64,000 nucleotides of DNA from the human T2T-CHM13v2.0 reference genome, Homo sapiens (GCF_009914755.1 NC_060942.1), one strand, 5' to 3'. Numbered from the stretch's first letter, positions 36,266-54,284 are shown. The notes: a model not told the origin generated them from the letters alone. Translations and numbers: made by a program.

Positions 36266-37324
36266 CACTTCTGAATGTGGGTGGGTCATCACCAACAGTT
36301 CCTCCCTTTCCTATCTGCATATGCTGGTCCTCCCATGAAGAAGTAGAATTTATTTTTCATGCCGTAAATCTTGACTGGTCTTCTAACTTGTTTATTTCTT
36401 GGTCTGGGCCTTAAGAGGCATTGAAGCTTCCGGGATTGGGAGTAAGCTGCCATGGAAAGAAACTCAGGCTGGACTACTGCATGATGAGAGATCACATCAA
36501 AGAGAACAGTCCAGCCAGCCCAACTTGAGACACCAGACATGTGATGGAGCCATCTTGGATTCCTCACCCCAGCCAACACCATGTGGAGCAGAGGCAAACC
36601 CTCTCCATGGAGTTCTGCCTGAATTGCAGACTTGTGAATAATAATAAATGGCCATTTTAAGCCGTTAAGATTTTGAGTGGTTTATTATACACTCATAGGC
36701 CATGTAAATATCATCTCACTCAATAATTTTAACATCCATCAATGATCTTTGCCTGAATCATTTCATCGGGCTTGGCAAAGGGTATTTTAAATTCTGCTGT
36801 TCCCTTCACATTTATTAGCTGGCATTCTTCTGGAGAGAAAGAGAGAGAGAGAGAGCTTTCCCTCATCATCTAGGTATCAACTGCTATTCCTCTTAAAGAG
36901 GAAGAGCAAATGTTCAATGTCTCCCATAATTCCTAGCTTTCAGACTAAGAAGTTGTGTGATATTCACCACCAGTGGTGGCAAATGAGGCTCTCCCCCTCC
37001 ACTTTTTCCCCTAGTCTTTAGCTGTTCCTCTTCAATGGCTGTGCGGTGCGCTTTGCACATCTGTCCTTGATCTCAAAGTGTTGCACTATAATCATTGATT
37101 CACTTGACTGTCCTTTTAACTGGACTGTAAGTTTCTTGAGGGCAGGGACATTATAGGCTCAAGGCCAGTATATATAAAGTTCTGACATCTGGATAGATGG
37201 TACTAGATTTCTACCATACTTCTTTTAGTTTTATTTTGGACATACATTTTACATAGCTTAGATAATACTTACAATTTTTTAAATCCTGCAATTATTTTTT
37301 TAGAGGTGATCTTGATACTTTAGT

Positions 37325-37643
37325 TTTTATTTTATTTTACTTTATTTCATCTTTATTTTTTGAGACAGAGCCTCACCCTGTCACCCAGGCTAGAGTGCAA
37401 TGGCACCATCTCAGCTCACTGCAGCCTCCGCCTCCTGGGTTCTAGCTATTCTCCTGCCTCAGCCTCCTGAGTAGCTGGGATTACAGGTGCCTGCCACCAC
37501 ACCTGGCCAATTTTTTTGTATCTTTAGTAGAGATGGGGTTTCACCATGTTGGCCAGGCTGATCTCGAACTCCTGACCTCGTGATCTGCCCGCCTCGGCCT
37601 CCCAAAGTGTTAGGATTACAGGCGTGAGCCACGTGCCTGGCCC
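37325..37643 (-). mobile_element. Alu (S-like)
   Basis: Reverse Alu dimer. Confidence 0.88.
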
Positions 37644-37803
37644 ATTTGATTTTTTAATCAAAAGAATAGCTGTGTGTGGACAAAAAAATAACAGTACAGT
37701 GGGCTAAGATCTAACTTCACAGTTCCCTACCCTCAAACCCTCCTCAGCCCTGATTCCACTCCCCAGGGGCAATGACTTCCAGTCTTTTTTTAGGTTTGAT
37801 TCC

Positions 37804-38360
37804 TGTGGATGATTTTATTTTCCAAAAGTGGCCACAACAACATCTGCCAACTCAACCGCTCCTCTTACAATGTCACCTTGACATTCCTTCCAGGGATGGG
37901 GGAATCCATGTCCCCTCCCCTCAAAATTGGGTTGGCTTCTGTGAATATTGTGATCCATGGAATATGGCAGGAGAGACACTATGTGACTTCAGAGGCTAGA
38001 TTGCTAAAGGTGGTACAGCTTCCATTTTGGTCCCTGGAATACTTGCTCCTGAAGTTGCAGTCATCAGTCACCATGTCAGCAGTCAGACTGCCCCGTGGCA
38101 GCCATGCTGTGTGGAAGCCCAAACATCCTACGCAGAGCAGCCACTTGGAGCAACCCCAGGTCTCCATGAAGAGGGCTATCCAGCCAGCGCCCAGTTGCAT
38201 CAGCTGTCCAGCAGCTGTGGGACTGCACCTGTGCAGAGCTCTCCTAGCCAGAAGCACCTGGCCAAGCCCTTCCTGAATTCCTGACCCACAGGAACCAAGA
38301 GAAAATAATTGAAACCATGAAGTTTGGGGATGACTTCTAAAGCAGCAATTCCAAACAAAT
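37804..38360 (+). mobile_element. MLT1-like MaLR LTR
   Basis: tgtggatgattttattttccaaaagtggcc...ctatgtgacttcagaggctag...ttcctgaattcctgacccacag. Confidence 0.7.
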
Positions 38361-38769
38361 AATTTTTCTGAGTTACCTCCCTGTCTGCTTATCGTACTAC
38401 ATCTCAATTTACTGACCTTATACATGATTGCTTCCTACTTTGAGAGATGAGACTTTAGCTCACTTGCATTAACCCCTCACTTGTCCCTTCCAATTTTTTA
38501 ATGGTTTAGAATTTTATCACCTACCTTTGAAACTGTTTTTAAACCTCCATTTCTTGCTCCACCAACTTTTGGAATCTCATATTACTATCCATTTGTAAGA
38601 TTAAGTTTATATAATGTCTATTCTTTCTTCTACATCTATTTCAATTCTCAACTTACCTTAGATATATCTTCATTATTTTCTTAATTGTGAAATACCAGGC
38701 CAGTGGAAGAACATGTAAAGTATGTATTCACTGTTATTCTCTAAAATTCATTTATTTTCTATACTGTCC

Positions 38770-39450
38770 ATCCTGCAGAGTTAAACGGGGCCCTGGTAGG
38801 TAAGACCATACCTACACTTCTCATATTCGGGATGGTGGCAGTATTTCTGTGATTTCCTCTAGTGTTGTAACAATTGTTTATTATTTACTGTTTCTGTAAG
38901 AGGGGAAAGTTCCAGGGGGTTCTCCTAGACCCTTCTTTTTACATTAACCTTCACCCCACATGTCAGAGAACTGCTCTGGTGACTGATCATTCCCGGAGAT
39001 ATTCATTCAGCTTAACCAATGCACACTTTGGTTAAAACTCCACCTCATTTATCACTAAACCCCCATAAGTACCCTCTTGACCAGTGGACCATGTGACTTT
39101 CTGATTCTCCAGTTAAGATTATTAGCTCAGAGCCAGTGTCCCACAGTCCTCTAAAGTCTTCATATTTCTGTTTCACTATTTCCTAGCAGCTTTGGTAAGT
39201 AGCCTCCCATCCCTTCGGGGAAGGCCGAAAGGAAGGTACTTGTGGTATTATTGCAGGATCCTTCCTCAACAATACCAAGCTTATGCTTGTTTCAAGTGGT
39301 ACAAAATCAATGCTGTGCTTCATGCTTTGCCTATTATCATGATGGTTCTGGTCAGGTATCCACCAGACTTGGGTTTTGGTTAGGCTAATGAAGTAGCCCC
39401 TTAGTGAGCTGAACAGGCATTTGTTTTTGTTGCAGGGATCCCATCGCTCA
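38770..39450 (-). mobile_element. ERVL-class internal relic with protease motif
   Basis: Minus strand reads FRGLWDTGSELIILTG (DTG at 39132-39140), resembling the HERV-L LLDTGSELT motif. Confidence 0.6.
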
Positions 39451-39637
39451 TGAATTGTTGCTTAAGACTCTGTGGGAAAGACCTTTCTGATGATCACACT
39501 AGCCTGACATGGTACCAAAGTCCATTTGGCTTGTGCTAGCCCCGGTGCCACTGCTGGGCTTCTGCAACCCAAGTGGATTGCTTTCTGGCCCCAGTGCAAT
39601 CAGATGACAAGAAAAGCACATTAGAAAGCATTTCTTC

Positions 39638-39925
<288 letters not shown>

Positions 39926-41050
39926 AGTAAGAAAGCATTCTTTCCACCTACCAAAGCTTGGATTAAGGAACCAGATTCTAGTTCTCTAGGAACACTGTGG
40001 CTTTGTGGATAGGTCTTATGTGGTAAATCCACTAAAGCTTTATTTTCTAAAGTTGTTAGCTTTTTTTCTTTTACATTATATGTTACTGGAGTTCAGAGAG
40101 GGTCCACTGTCAAGTTCAGTTTCTTCAAGCAGTCAGGCAAACAATGAAAGTCACTCTCAGTGGCTCAAACCAAAAACTGAATATAGAATTTCTGTTGACT
40201 GAACCCATAGTGATAAATCCAATCATATCTGAAACTTGATTCCTCTGCTTTTTGATCATCAGCATAACCCACTGTCACATATGTTCCAGATAGTTGCTGA
40301 TATTCAGAATCCTCCAAATTTTCACAAATATACACATTCTAATACTACAGGGCCTGCTGTTTTCCTACTAAATTTTCTTCCTTTCACATACAAAATGTGG
40401 TGAATCTGTGAATTCAACTGATTGCCAGCAACCTGCAAGATCAAATACTGAGTTTGGCTTTTGATTACTTAGGCACTGGCTGTAAGAAATTATTTTAGGA
40501 CAGTCATAGAAGATCCCTGGTTTTCCTTCTCTGCCCTGACCAGCCGTTTGAAGTTCTCATGCTCTGTATTTTGTTCTACAGCAGCTGCCAAGTGGCTCTC
40601 CAATGTCTTGTCCTCACTGGGCACTTCATTCCGTGTGACCATAGGTAATAATATAGTCAGCTATCTCACTAGGAGCTACCAGAGTCCCATCCAGTTAGAT
40701 GCTGGTGATGCTGCTATGATTCTATTTTAAATGTCCTGCCATCTCTGTTACTTGTTCAAGACTGAAGGACCTGAGTGGCAGCACCTGATATGCCAAGGTT
40801 ACATAAAGGGCCCAGGTACTGGCTACCAAGTGATGAAGAAAAATAGGATCTCCCCACTTTGGTTCCTGTGTTGGGAGGCCGGAAGGCATTTGGATGAATA
40901 GTGCCTCTCCAGAGTACATCTGTTTGATGACTGTCTGACTGTCCTGGTCTTCTCTTTTTAATACATTTCCTGTTATTTCTTGAGTTCTAGAGGGAGAGGA
41001 GTCCTAATTCCTGTGATTTGCTGTCAACCAAATTCTTCCTTAAAATTCCC

Positions 41051-41341
41051 TTTTTTTTTGAGATGGAGTCTCGCCCTGTCACCCAGGCTGTAGTGCAATG
41101 GCATGATCTCAGCTCACTGCAACCTCTGCCTCCCAGGTACAAATGATTCTGCCTCAGCCTCCTGAGTAGCTGGGATTACAGGCGCCAGCCACCACACCAA
41201 GCTATTTTTTTTTGTATTTTTATTAGAGACAGGGTTTCAACATGTTGGCCAGGTTGGTCTTGAACCCCTGACCTCAGGTGATCCGCCTGCCTCGGCCTCC
41301 CAAAGTGCTGGGATTACAGGCCTGAGCCACTGCGCCCAGCC
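41051..41341 (-). mobile_element. Alu (S-like)
   Basis: Reverse Alu dimer. Confidence 0.88.
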
Positions 41342-41549
41342 CCTTAAAACTTCATTTTGAGAAATTAAAAATAAAGATAAAATATAAAGAAAAGAATAAA
41401 AGTGTCCATATTTCTATTCACCAGAATTTAGTCACTTAATTTCTTGAGGTATTTTCAGTCCTAATTTTCTTTTTAGAAGAACACTGGGGGGTGGGGGGCA
41501 GAAATTATACATGCTGATTGTTCAAATTTAGGAAGAATACAAAGTAAGT

Positions 41550-41845
41550 TTCACTCACTCAACAAACACTTGTTGAACACCCATCAGGCACCAGCACTCT
41601 TCTAGACACTGGAGATACAGCAGAGGACAAAACAGACAAGAAACTCTGATTTCATAGCATACCTGTTAGTGGGAGAAATCACGTAAGGAAAATAGTAAAT
41701 TATATCGTATGTTAGATGACAAGCACTATGGGGAAAAATACAGCCAGGGATGGGGATAAGGAGCATCAGGAGGGTTTGTCATTTTCAGTAGGATGGCCAA
41801 GGAAGGTTTCACTGAAAAAGAGACATCGGAATAGACCTGAAGGGG
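41550..41845 (-). mobile_element. L2 3' end
   Basis: tcactcactcaacaaacacttgttgaacacc...actggagatacagcag. Confidence 0.7.
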
Positions 41846-42107
41846 ATACAAGAAGTAAAGTAAGTTAAAAAAAAAAAAAAATCAATCTAATAACATCATG
41901 AGCATTATGTGGAAGTCATTCCAGATGTCTGTGTGAACATGCAGATTTCTGGATGAATGATTATGGATGGATGGACAGAAAAATCTACTTAGGAGACACT
42001 ATCATAAAAACAAACTAGAAAAGATTTTTAAGAATCAGTAAATTATTTAGTGCCTATTTCTGGATATCTATGTATCTGGATATAAATGCACAGCGTAAAG
42101 CATGAGT

Positions 42108-42110
<3 letters not shown>

Positions 42111-42156
<46 letters not shown>
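42111..42156. repeat. (CA)23 microsatellite
   Basis: Seen directly. Confidence 0.93.
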
Positions 42157-42159
<3 letters not shown>

Positions 42160-42179
42160 CCTTTGTATCAACCACCCAG

Positions 42180-43010
42180 ATCCAGATTTGGAATTGCATT
42201 AAATCTATAAATTGATTTGGTTAAATTGACTTTGTTTTTTTAAGTCATCTATCTCATAAACAGGGTCGATCCCTCCTCTTATTTAGGTCTTCCTTAGTGT
42301 CTTTTGGTAACGTTCCATGGTTTTCTACAAGTCAGTCTCACCAATCTTTGAGCAGATTTATTTTGAGGCATTTGATGCTCTCTGATACTATTGTAATTAG
42401 TATTTTCCTTTTTTTTTTTTTTTTTTTGAGACAGGGTCTCGTTCCCTCACCCAGGCTGGAGTGCAGTGGTGTGATAATAGCTCACTGCAGCCTCGAACTC
42501 CTGGGCTCAAGTGATCCTCCCACTTCAATTCCCCAATAGTTGGGACTATAGGCACACACCACTCTCATAATTTCAATTTCTAATTGTTGCTAAGATAATT
42601 TTGACTTTGTATCCTGCAACCTTGTTAAATTCACATTATTTCTACGTTTATATCAATTTTCTACAATCATGTCATCTGTGAATGACAATTTTATTTCTTA
42701 TCTGTAAGCCTTTCATTTCTTTTGCTTGCACTGGCTAGAATCTGTACAAAGTTGAGAAAAAGTGGTGATAGTGGGCACCTTTGCCTTTTTCCTGATCTCT
42801 GGAGGAATACGCTTTTCAAAAATTCACAATTAAATATGTTGGCTCTAGGTTTTTTTTGTAGAACTTCTTCTATTAAGAAGTTCCCTTCTATTCCTAGTTT
42901 GTGCAGTTAAAAAAAAAGCAAGTGCTGAATTGTATTGCTTTTTATGCATCTATAAAGAACTTGTCTCCTTTATTTCCATAAATGCAGTAAATAGTATTAA
43001 TCTTCCTATT
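42180..43010 (-). mobile_element. Old L1 ORF2 fragment with partial Alu (42408-42560)
   Basis: ggaattgcattaaatctataaatt, aagttcccttctattcctagttt. Confidence 0.7.
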
Positions 43011-43054
43011 TTAAGTTACAGGCAGTCCTTGATTTTTTACGGCTAACTGAACTC

Positions 43055-43188
43055 TTGCTGGTTTCTATGGTATAAATATTCCCATCAGAGCAGACTTTAA
43101 ATTACTAGTATGAGGTCACTGAACTCGCAGCTGGGAAAGATGTACTATCGGTTTTGGTGGGCCAGGGTGAGCTAGTTTGAACACATTT
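43055..43188 (-). mobile_element. MER63-like DNA transposon fragment
   Basis: Minus strand CATCTTTCCCAGCTGCGAGTTCAGTGACCTCA...GGGAATATTTATACCATAGAAA. Confidence 0.6.
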
Positions 43189-44254
43189 TTGATTGTGTAG
43201 TTCTCAATCACCGAGACAGAAATTTATCATAACTTCACTAGACCAGTAAGAACAAAGCCACTTTATAAACTTACCTATTTTATAAGTCTCTCACATAATC
43301 CATGAGGTAGATCAAAATAAAAATATAACTCCCTTTTTTTTTCCCCAAGTCTTTACTAAGTACCTAAAAGCACTCAACACTATATTAATTGCTGGGGAAA
43401 ATGTAACTCTCAGAACTTACAATCTAAATGATCTAAACATGATCAATAGAACATGCTCCAGAGAAAAATCTTAACACAGCAGCAGCAATTTAACTGCTAA
43501 AGAAACTCAAAAGTAGGGTGGGGGTAGTTTGGGTGGTCTTCCTGCAAGAGGTTACATGGTTCATCATCATTAGGTTTTAATGGAAATATGTGATGTGGAC
43601 TAGCAAAAAAAAGAAAGATACCATATTAAAATAAGAGGAGGATACAAATGAAGGGATGAAAGTAGGAAAGAAAAGGGCACCTGTGAAAACTCACAAACTT
43701 AAAATAACATTAGTGTCAACAATGGGCACTGTGTTGCTTCACTTGCAACATACAGCACCATCAGGTAGGTATGCCTCTTTATCAACTCTGAAAGTGGCTA
43801 AATGGTGCTTCTGTGGCACTAATCAAGTACACTCATTCTGTTTTTCTGCATGTAGTTGACAGTGGACTCAGAAGTCAATTCTCTATTGACATGTTTTATA
43901 ATTATAGAGTCCTTATAGATTTCTCAGGGTGAGACAAAATGCTTTCAAATATCCAGGGTGTAAGTCATAGAGATGCTTAACAACTATGATCTACTTGCTG
44001 GCTCAGAAAATGTCTACCTAAACTTTATAATTACTGGTCAAGAGCCAGAGAAATAGAACATGCCCATTCGGATTCCTTTGAGTATCTGTCCATAAAGAAC
44101 ACACAGCAGTACTGTATAATTCTGAGGCTGATAAACAGGTAAGATGTATAAATTATCTTATCCACAAAGAATTCAGTGTTAGTTTACTAAGTTAGTTCTC
44201 AATCCTCACATAAAAGTCATTGAAAAACAGAATTTTCATATATACATTAATAAT

Positions 44255-44260
44255 TTTAAT
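44255..44260 (-). terminator. Distal poly(A) signal ATTAAA
   Basis: tttaat on + strand; U-rich sequence downstream on - strand. Confidence 0.6.
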
Positions 44261-45068
44261 GATTTCTTTGTATCTAACCAATTTAGGTAATATTTTCTTT
44301 TACACAGAAGGTCCCAAAATAAAGAATAATACACAGAATACAGTCAATAGGTTATATCAATTTACTTCACATAAGAGCATAATTCAGGCCTTTTCCATTT
44401 AATAACAAAAACAATCTGTACAGAAAACCCAAAGGCAACCACATAGCATATGTAAAATGTGCAAATACACTTTAAAATGCAAGTTATTCTATAGCATTTG
44501 CAAGATAGAATTTCACTGTAATTAGGGAATCTAGTTCATCCTAACTTAATAGTCTTTTGCATGTATAGACAATGCAATTCTACAAGGCACAACTCAGCGT
44601 TGATGCTAAAGTATGAAACACATCCTCAGATTATTTATTTGAAAATATTAAAATAGCATCATGTTTATTATTTTTTAATGAGTCATGAGCTCATTTCTAA
44701 AGCTTCATAAAGCATTACACTGATAACATATGTGTGGTCAGGACAAACTGTTCCCTGAACTTAAAAGGTGAAGGACAAGACCCCATATTATTATCCTGTA
44801 TTAAAAAAGGAAATATACATATATGTACACAGACACCCCATATCACAGACAAGAAACTTCCCATAATTCAAAGGGAGACCATTTCCTTATTAGCAAAGGT
44901 GCGCATTACAGTATTTCATGACAGTTAAAAATTACACACCTACCACCTGTTTTGGTCAATCTTGCTAAAAAAGACACTGAAATAGACAATTTTCTTCTTT
45001 AAGGTAAAGACAATGTCTAATTTAGAAAATCTTCCTCTTGAGATTGCACAGTGAAAGGTATCAGTTAA

Positions 45069-45418
<350 letters not shown>

Positions 45419-45544
45419 AAAGCTTACGCTTTTAAAGAAATTATTTAAATCTACACAGAAAAAAATATCAACTTATTAAAAACTATTAAGAGCACTGTCT
45501 ATAATTCAAAATCTTTCAAACCCAATCACAAAGCTCTTTGCTGT

Positions 45545-45550
45545 TTTATT
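45545..45550 (-). terminator. Candidate proximal poly(A) signal AATAAA
   Basis: AATAAA followed by GU-rich TTTGTGATTGGGTTTG on - strand. Confidence 0.45.
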
Positions 45551-46019
45551 GCCCATCCCTGAGTAAAGATTCTATCATTTGTAATTTTTTAATAACGTAA
45601 ATTTTACATTGATAAGAATGATGTTTAACAATTTTTTTGAAAATATAAAATAAACCCTATATCATTTTAGTAAAAAAAAAAGAAAATATAAATGCTCTTT
45701 GCAAAGACCACCATTCATAAAAATTGTAAATATTTGTATGTCAATTTCTGACATCCTTTTTACTGGGTAATTTCTGTTTTTATGCCGTTCATATATCGCT
45801 CATTTCCTCATAACCTGTTATTTTGTACCTTTTGTTAATAGGAGTATTTAATAAGTAATGGAGGAAAAGTACAATATAAAACCTAATGGAACTCTGAAGT
45901 GAGATGTGTATTTCCCTGTGGTAAAAGAGTTTTACTGGAAACAATTAATGCGATCCAAATAGACAAAAATATCTATGAAAGAAAGAATACATATGGTAAG
46001 CATCTTCCTTGTCTTTGGC

Positions 46020-46121
46020 TTAGCCTTCTTGACCAAAATCTTCTGTAAACTTCTTTAATTTCAACAAGTCATGTTCATTGACTGTAGGTTTTGTGTTAGA
46101 TAGTGACCGCAACATATCCGA
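46020..46121 (-). CDS. VPS4B: VPS4B exon 11 coding part (102 bp incl. stop)
   Basis: gacag|TCG; [33 protein letters not shown]. Confidence 0.97.
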
Positions 46122-46274
46122 CTGTCAGGGAAAAAGAAGGGTAGGGAGGATATTAATAATAGAGTTAACAAAATAAAAAACCGTCATATTATCATTATTG
46201 CTATGAACTTTAACCTAAGTTTAAATATGAATATTTGCAGTCTGCCATAAGATACTAACGATAAACTCCCTATT

Positions 46275-46573
<299 letters not shown>

Positions 46574-47438
46574 CCCTATTCTTTCACAGATCTTTCATGA
46601 TCTTTGATCATGTTATTCCTTTGTGTAGAAACGTATACTTTCTTCCCCTGAACTGATCAAATGGCTCCCCAATACTTATCAGAAGGACAATCCCCTTAGT
46701 CTGAGGATCAAGGCCTCCAAAGTATGTTCATGATCTAATTTCTGGCCTTATCTCTTTTTCTTAAACGAGATCAATTTTCCAAGTCAGTATAATTCAAAAG
46801 GAAAATATCATTCACTTACACTTAAGTGAAGCAGAATACCATTCTATGAAAAATCAACTAACCAGAATTTTAAAATAATTAGTTACAATTAAGATCGAAA
46901 TGGTTAGAAAAATATGCTAATATCAGAGATTCATTAAAAAACTAACTTCTAAGCCTAGACTCCTGTAAAAGGATATGAAAAATAATGAAAAGGACCACTC
47001 TAAGTTACTAAAAATTCTTCAAAGCTGAACAGAGTACAAAAAATAAAAAATAATACACCAAGGATTAAAACAAAGGGGTTTCTGAGTAACTTCTCAGATA
47101 AGCATTATGGTTAGTTCACACACAAATATATGGGTGTATACACATTTACATGTATATCTATGTACCATGTAAAAGTTTCTCCTCTGGAAGTTACTATTAA
47201 ACCTGCCATTAAAGGTCTTTGAAGATCTGAAACTGACAGAAAATTTTGAAAACTGAGAATGTTCTTCTGTAAGTAAACAACTTTTCAATCACCCTAAGTT
47301 CCCTAAAAATAACATGCCTTGCAAAGTAAGTCTTGTAGATTATTTTAATTCTTCCAATATAAACTATATTAACTGTAATTTTTAAAAATAAAAATAGAAC
47401 TACAATATTTAAACTTTCTATGGAGCTTTGAGAAGTGA

Positions 47439-48073
<635 letters not shown>

Positions 48074-48455
48074 ACTTCTGGTTATTTTAAAAAATCTGAG
48101 ATGCAGGGGAAAAAAAATATTTCACCAACCCTATTTTTTAGTTAGGTCTTTACAATAATTATACTATATATGAGCATTTTGGAGATATTCTAGCTATAAG
48201 ACCTGTAAAGTCAGAATCTTGTGCTTTAAAAAATAGCTTTTTCACTTAAAGGTTCCTCTAAACCCAAGAAAATAGTTTAAAAATAATGACTTTTTATATT
48301 TTAAGTTCAATTAACTTCATAATTTTTAATGAGTCAACAATATTAAGTAAAATACACCTGTTTATACTAAGATTTTCCAGCAAATCTTATATAACTGAAA
48401 ATTATGAAGTATAATGTTTTAAAATATTTTCTTAAAAACAAACAAAATTTCAAAC

Positions 48456-48596
48456 CATGGAAACAACTGGCTCCAAAAGTTTATCTCCAGGGACATCCAT
48501 CCATGTCATTTCAATGGCACCAGGGTCACCTGGAGAGCAAGGTGTTAGCAGATCATCTACAAGATGGTTAGGATCAGCTCGGGAAGGTCCGCGAAC
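48456..48596 (-). CDS. VPS4B: VPS4B exon 10 (141 bp), beta domain
   Basis: tttcag|GTT...ATG|gtttga; [47 protein letters not shown]. Confidence 0.96.
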
Positions 48597-48792
48597 CTGA
48601 AATAAACAGTAATCTGAAATATGTATTTGAAACAAAATTGAACATTAAGACTTAATCCATTACCAGGAAAGTTAAAATGTATAATAATTTTGTATGTTTT
48701 ATTAGAATGTTTACTTTTGGAAAAAAAATTAAGAATATACAACAAAAAGTAGTTATCCCCTGGGTAATGGGATAGATTTTGGTTGCTTTTAG

Positions 48793-49083
<291 letters not shown>

Positions 49084-49492
49084 GCTTTTAGTTTTTTTCT
49101 TGATGCTTTCTATATTTTGAAATTTCCTACAATAAATTACTTGTATGATCACACATAGAAGATGAGTTAAAAAAAAAATAGTTACCTGTGGCTTTCTCTT
49201 TTTCCCCTCTAGTGCTTAATAAGTGGTAGTAATCTTAAAGACCAAAAACAGATATATTAAAAAATTCTCAGAAGTTGCTCTATAGCTGAGAAACTTCTGT
49301 AATATTTGGAACTTTAGTATGAAACTACTGAATCTCTTTCAACAAAAATGCTCTCAAATCTAAGTGCAAAATTGTATGCTAAATGCAGTATCAATGCCAT
49401 TTTATCATGTACAACTTATTTATAAGTTTTAACAATATCCAGAAAAAGAATCTTTGTGACATAGTCACATGTAAACATTTAGATGGCAATAG

Positions 49493-49811
<319 letters not shown>

Positions 49812-51269
49812 AACTTGGGGGCACTTTCACATCTGTTTCACAATAATCGACTTTAAATATTATCTCAGTATTAGTGTAGATGTGAAGAAATACATGCTCT
49901 CACCTTATTATGTGTATTTTACTGTCTTTACTCACTAATATTTTAGCTGCATGAGGTCAGGGATTTTTGTCTTTTTTGACTGCTCTACTTTCTGATCTAC
50001 CACCGGTCCCAGATTAGTATTTTAGAAATAAAATACTAGTAAATGCAAAAAATAAACAGGGAATCTTCTTCTTGTTAACTGAAATAATCAGCTTTAAAAG
50101 AAGTAAAGGATGGAGCCGCTGAGAGGTCTGCTGCAGCTGGTGATCCCCAGCTGCAGAGATAAAACTCATCTGGCTGTGTCACCTTCATCCCACTAACAAG
50201 GACCTGGCTTCAGCGTCATGTGAGCTCACCCTGGCAGTAATATGCAGAATTGAGTGACAAACTCTCAGTAGGAAAGGACTGAGTTCCTATGCATTTATAG
50301 TTTCTAAATGGCAAAGAGAATTTAAGAAAAAACATAATGGCTGTGGCATAAACTTAACAGTACTTCAGTAATGAAATGGCTGAAGAAGGGTGGATGAGTA
50401 ACATTCCCTACGCATCTGAAGTACCACGACTGGTGTTTTATGAGTATTATATCACTTCATTATTGGAAAGGACTTCAAAATAGCATTATCACATCCCCAT
50501 TTTAGAAATGATAAAAATGAGCTTTAAAGAAGTAATAGAATTTGCTCAAAAAGGTATAACAAGTAAATGGTGCCAGGCTTCAAATTCAGATTTTAATTCA
50601 AGCTTGTTAACTTAAAAAAATCTTATTATGGTACATGATAAATATACGTATGTGACTTAGTCATATTAGTCTTGACATACATTATGAGATTAGGTTTGCT
50701 AATAGTTTTTCACATGTATGTTCATGAGTAATACTGGATACTGTTGTTCACAGCAAAAGGGTTGGTCCAGATTACCTAGTTCATTGTTACTCAAACTGGG
50801 TATCTCAAGACCACAGCCTTCTTATAAAACTTTATCTCAGCCACAGATGCTTAACTTGTTCTTGCAGACAAAACAGAACACAGGAGGGGCAGGATAGCAG
50901 AATGGCTGAGATTTCAGATTCGGAAACACACCTCACCTCCAGGCAAATCACACGTCTGTCCCACTCTAGCTACTGTGTTAGCACCTACGTCCAAGACTAA
51001 CCACCATTAGGTGGCTGGCTACATGTACCTCTCTTGCTGATTTTTGTGAAGACCAAATGAAATAGTAAGATAAAAGACAGAACACAGTGCCAGGCATGTG
51101 AATATTTAAAAGATATTAGCTATTATTATTTTTACTTTATGAGGTATAAATGCACCAGATTCTACTCAAAAATATTCTAGATGTGTCAGAAGCAGCCTTA
51201 CATCTGTACATTTAAGTTTCTATACTTATATCAAAATAATACACAAATACTTCAAAAATCATTTCATAG

Positions 51270-51608
<339 letters not shown>

Positions 51609-51767
51609 TAAATAAACTTTATTAAAGAACTTGTTTCAGTGACACAGAAATATGTCTATTATGTAAACCCACTTATGGTATTATTATACAACACTGAAAT
51701 CCTCCCAAATTCTTTGAAGACAAACCAATGACGGTCTTGAAACTTGATTTTAAAAATACAGGAAAAG

Positions 51768-52300
<533 letters not shown>

Positions 52301-53185
52301 CTTAAAAGAGAAATTACATCAAGAATATATTTAATTGAAAATTAGGATATTTCCAAGAAGAAACAGATACTAAGTTAAGTGGGCCTGTATGTGCCAAGGT
52401 TAAACATATATATTTAGGTTAAAGGGATAATATCCAGAACACATTAAAAACAAACAAATAAAATCAAAATAGCCTGGGAGCCAGTTTGAAGTGGCTGAAT
52501 CTTTCGTGCATTTTTGGGTTATTTTGGCCACAGTGTTCCTATGTCTGGAATTCATGAAATAAAAAGAGGTCCTACAGGGTTACAGTTTCCCACAAAATTG
52601 TACTCTGAACTCTTGATCAAGGGACTAATGATTAACAATATAAAACAGGAGTAGAGATGACACAGTAATTCTCTACATTCAAAACAGAATTACCTCACAA
52701 TCTTATAGGATATATATTACACAAAATGTCCACTTTAATGAATACATCCAGAACAATCCTATATTATAAAGAATAAACACTATGTTTCATTAACAATAAT
52801 TTTGCTTGCTTTCTTAGAATTTCGGTATTTGGAGACAGAGAAGCAACGATGAGGGATAATTTAAGTGGTCTGAGCAGACTGTTTTTTCTCCAGGTAACTC
52901 TCTGTGACAATGAAAAGAATTTAAAGTTTCCGTTGCCTCTAGAGATGGGTGCAGAATAAGGCAATTTTTCAAAAATACCCTGCACATTTCCTTTCTTGGT
53001 ACTGGATGGTAAGCTAGAATGCTGGCGCAAATCATCAAGTGAATGGGATAAAAGTGGCAAAAACTGAAGTGCTAATTTTTACCATACAAAATAAATGAAT
53101 GTAATACAGAACTGTGAAGAGTGAAAAGTGAAGAGTCCGTATACCTTTCCTAGAGCTGAAGTTTCATTTTCAACTTAAAAATTAG

Positions 53186-53562
<377 letters not shown>

Positions 53563-53598
53563 TGACATATAGTTTTTACTAAAAAAAAAAAAAATCTT

Positions 53599-53902
<304 letters not shown>

Positions 53903-54284
53903 TTATCTTATTTTGACTTATAGAATTGCCATTTTGCTAAAATTTTATATAAATGGTTTTTACTGAATTGTCAAACTATGTTTATAAATTTTTGAAGCAT
54001 CAGTGCCCACCAAACTTAATCAGAATGAAAGGTAAGCATTAGGTAATATATTTTCTAATATGAAAGACAGAAGTGTGTGGAAATCTTGTATATTTGATAA
54101 ACTAGGGAAACAAACAAGCAAATGACCACCCTTCTCCCACTCAAGGCAGGGGAGCAACAGGGTTAGAGCACATTACAAATCTTTTGAAAAGTTGTTAGAA
54201 TGCTTCCTGACAAGACAAAAAGAGAATTATCATCTACTTGTTACATCTGCAGTGAGAAATAAGATATTTACTGTATTATCCTAC

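Noticed and set aside
52764-53060. Non-repetitive ORFs in VPS4B intron 8 as a possible cryptic exon
   Set aside because: No convincing splice-site pair or recognisable protein similarity
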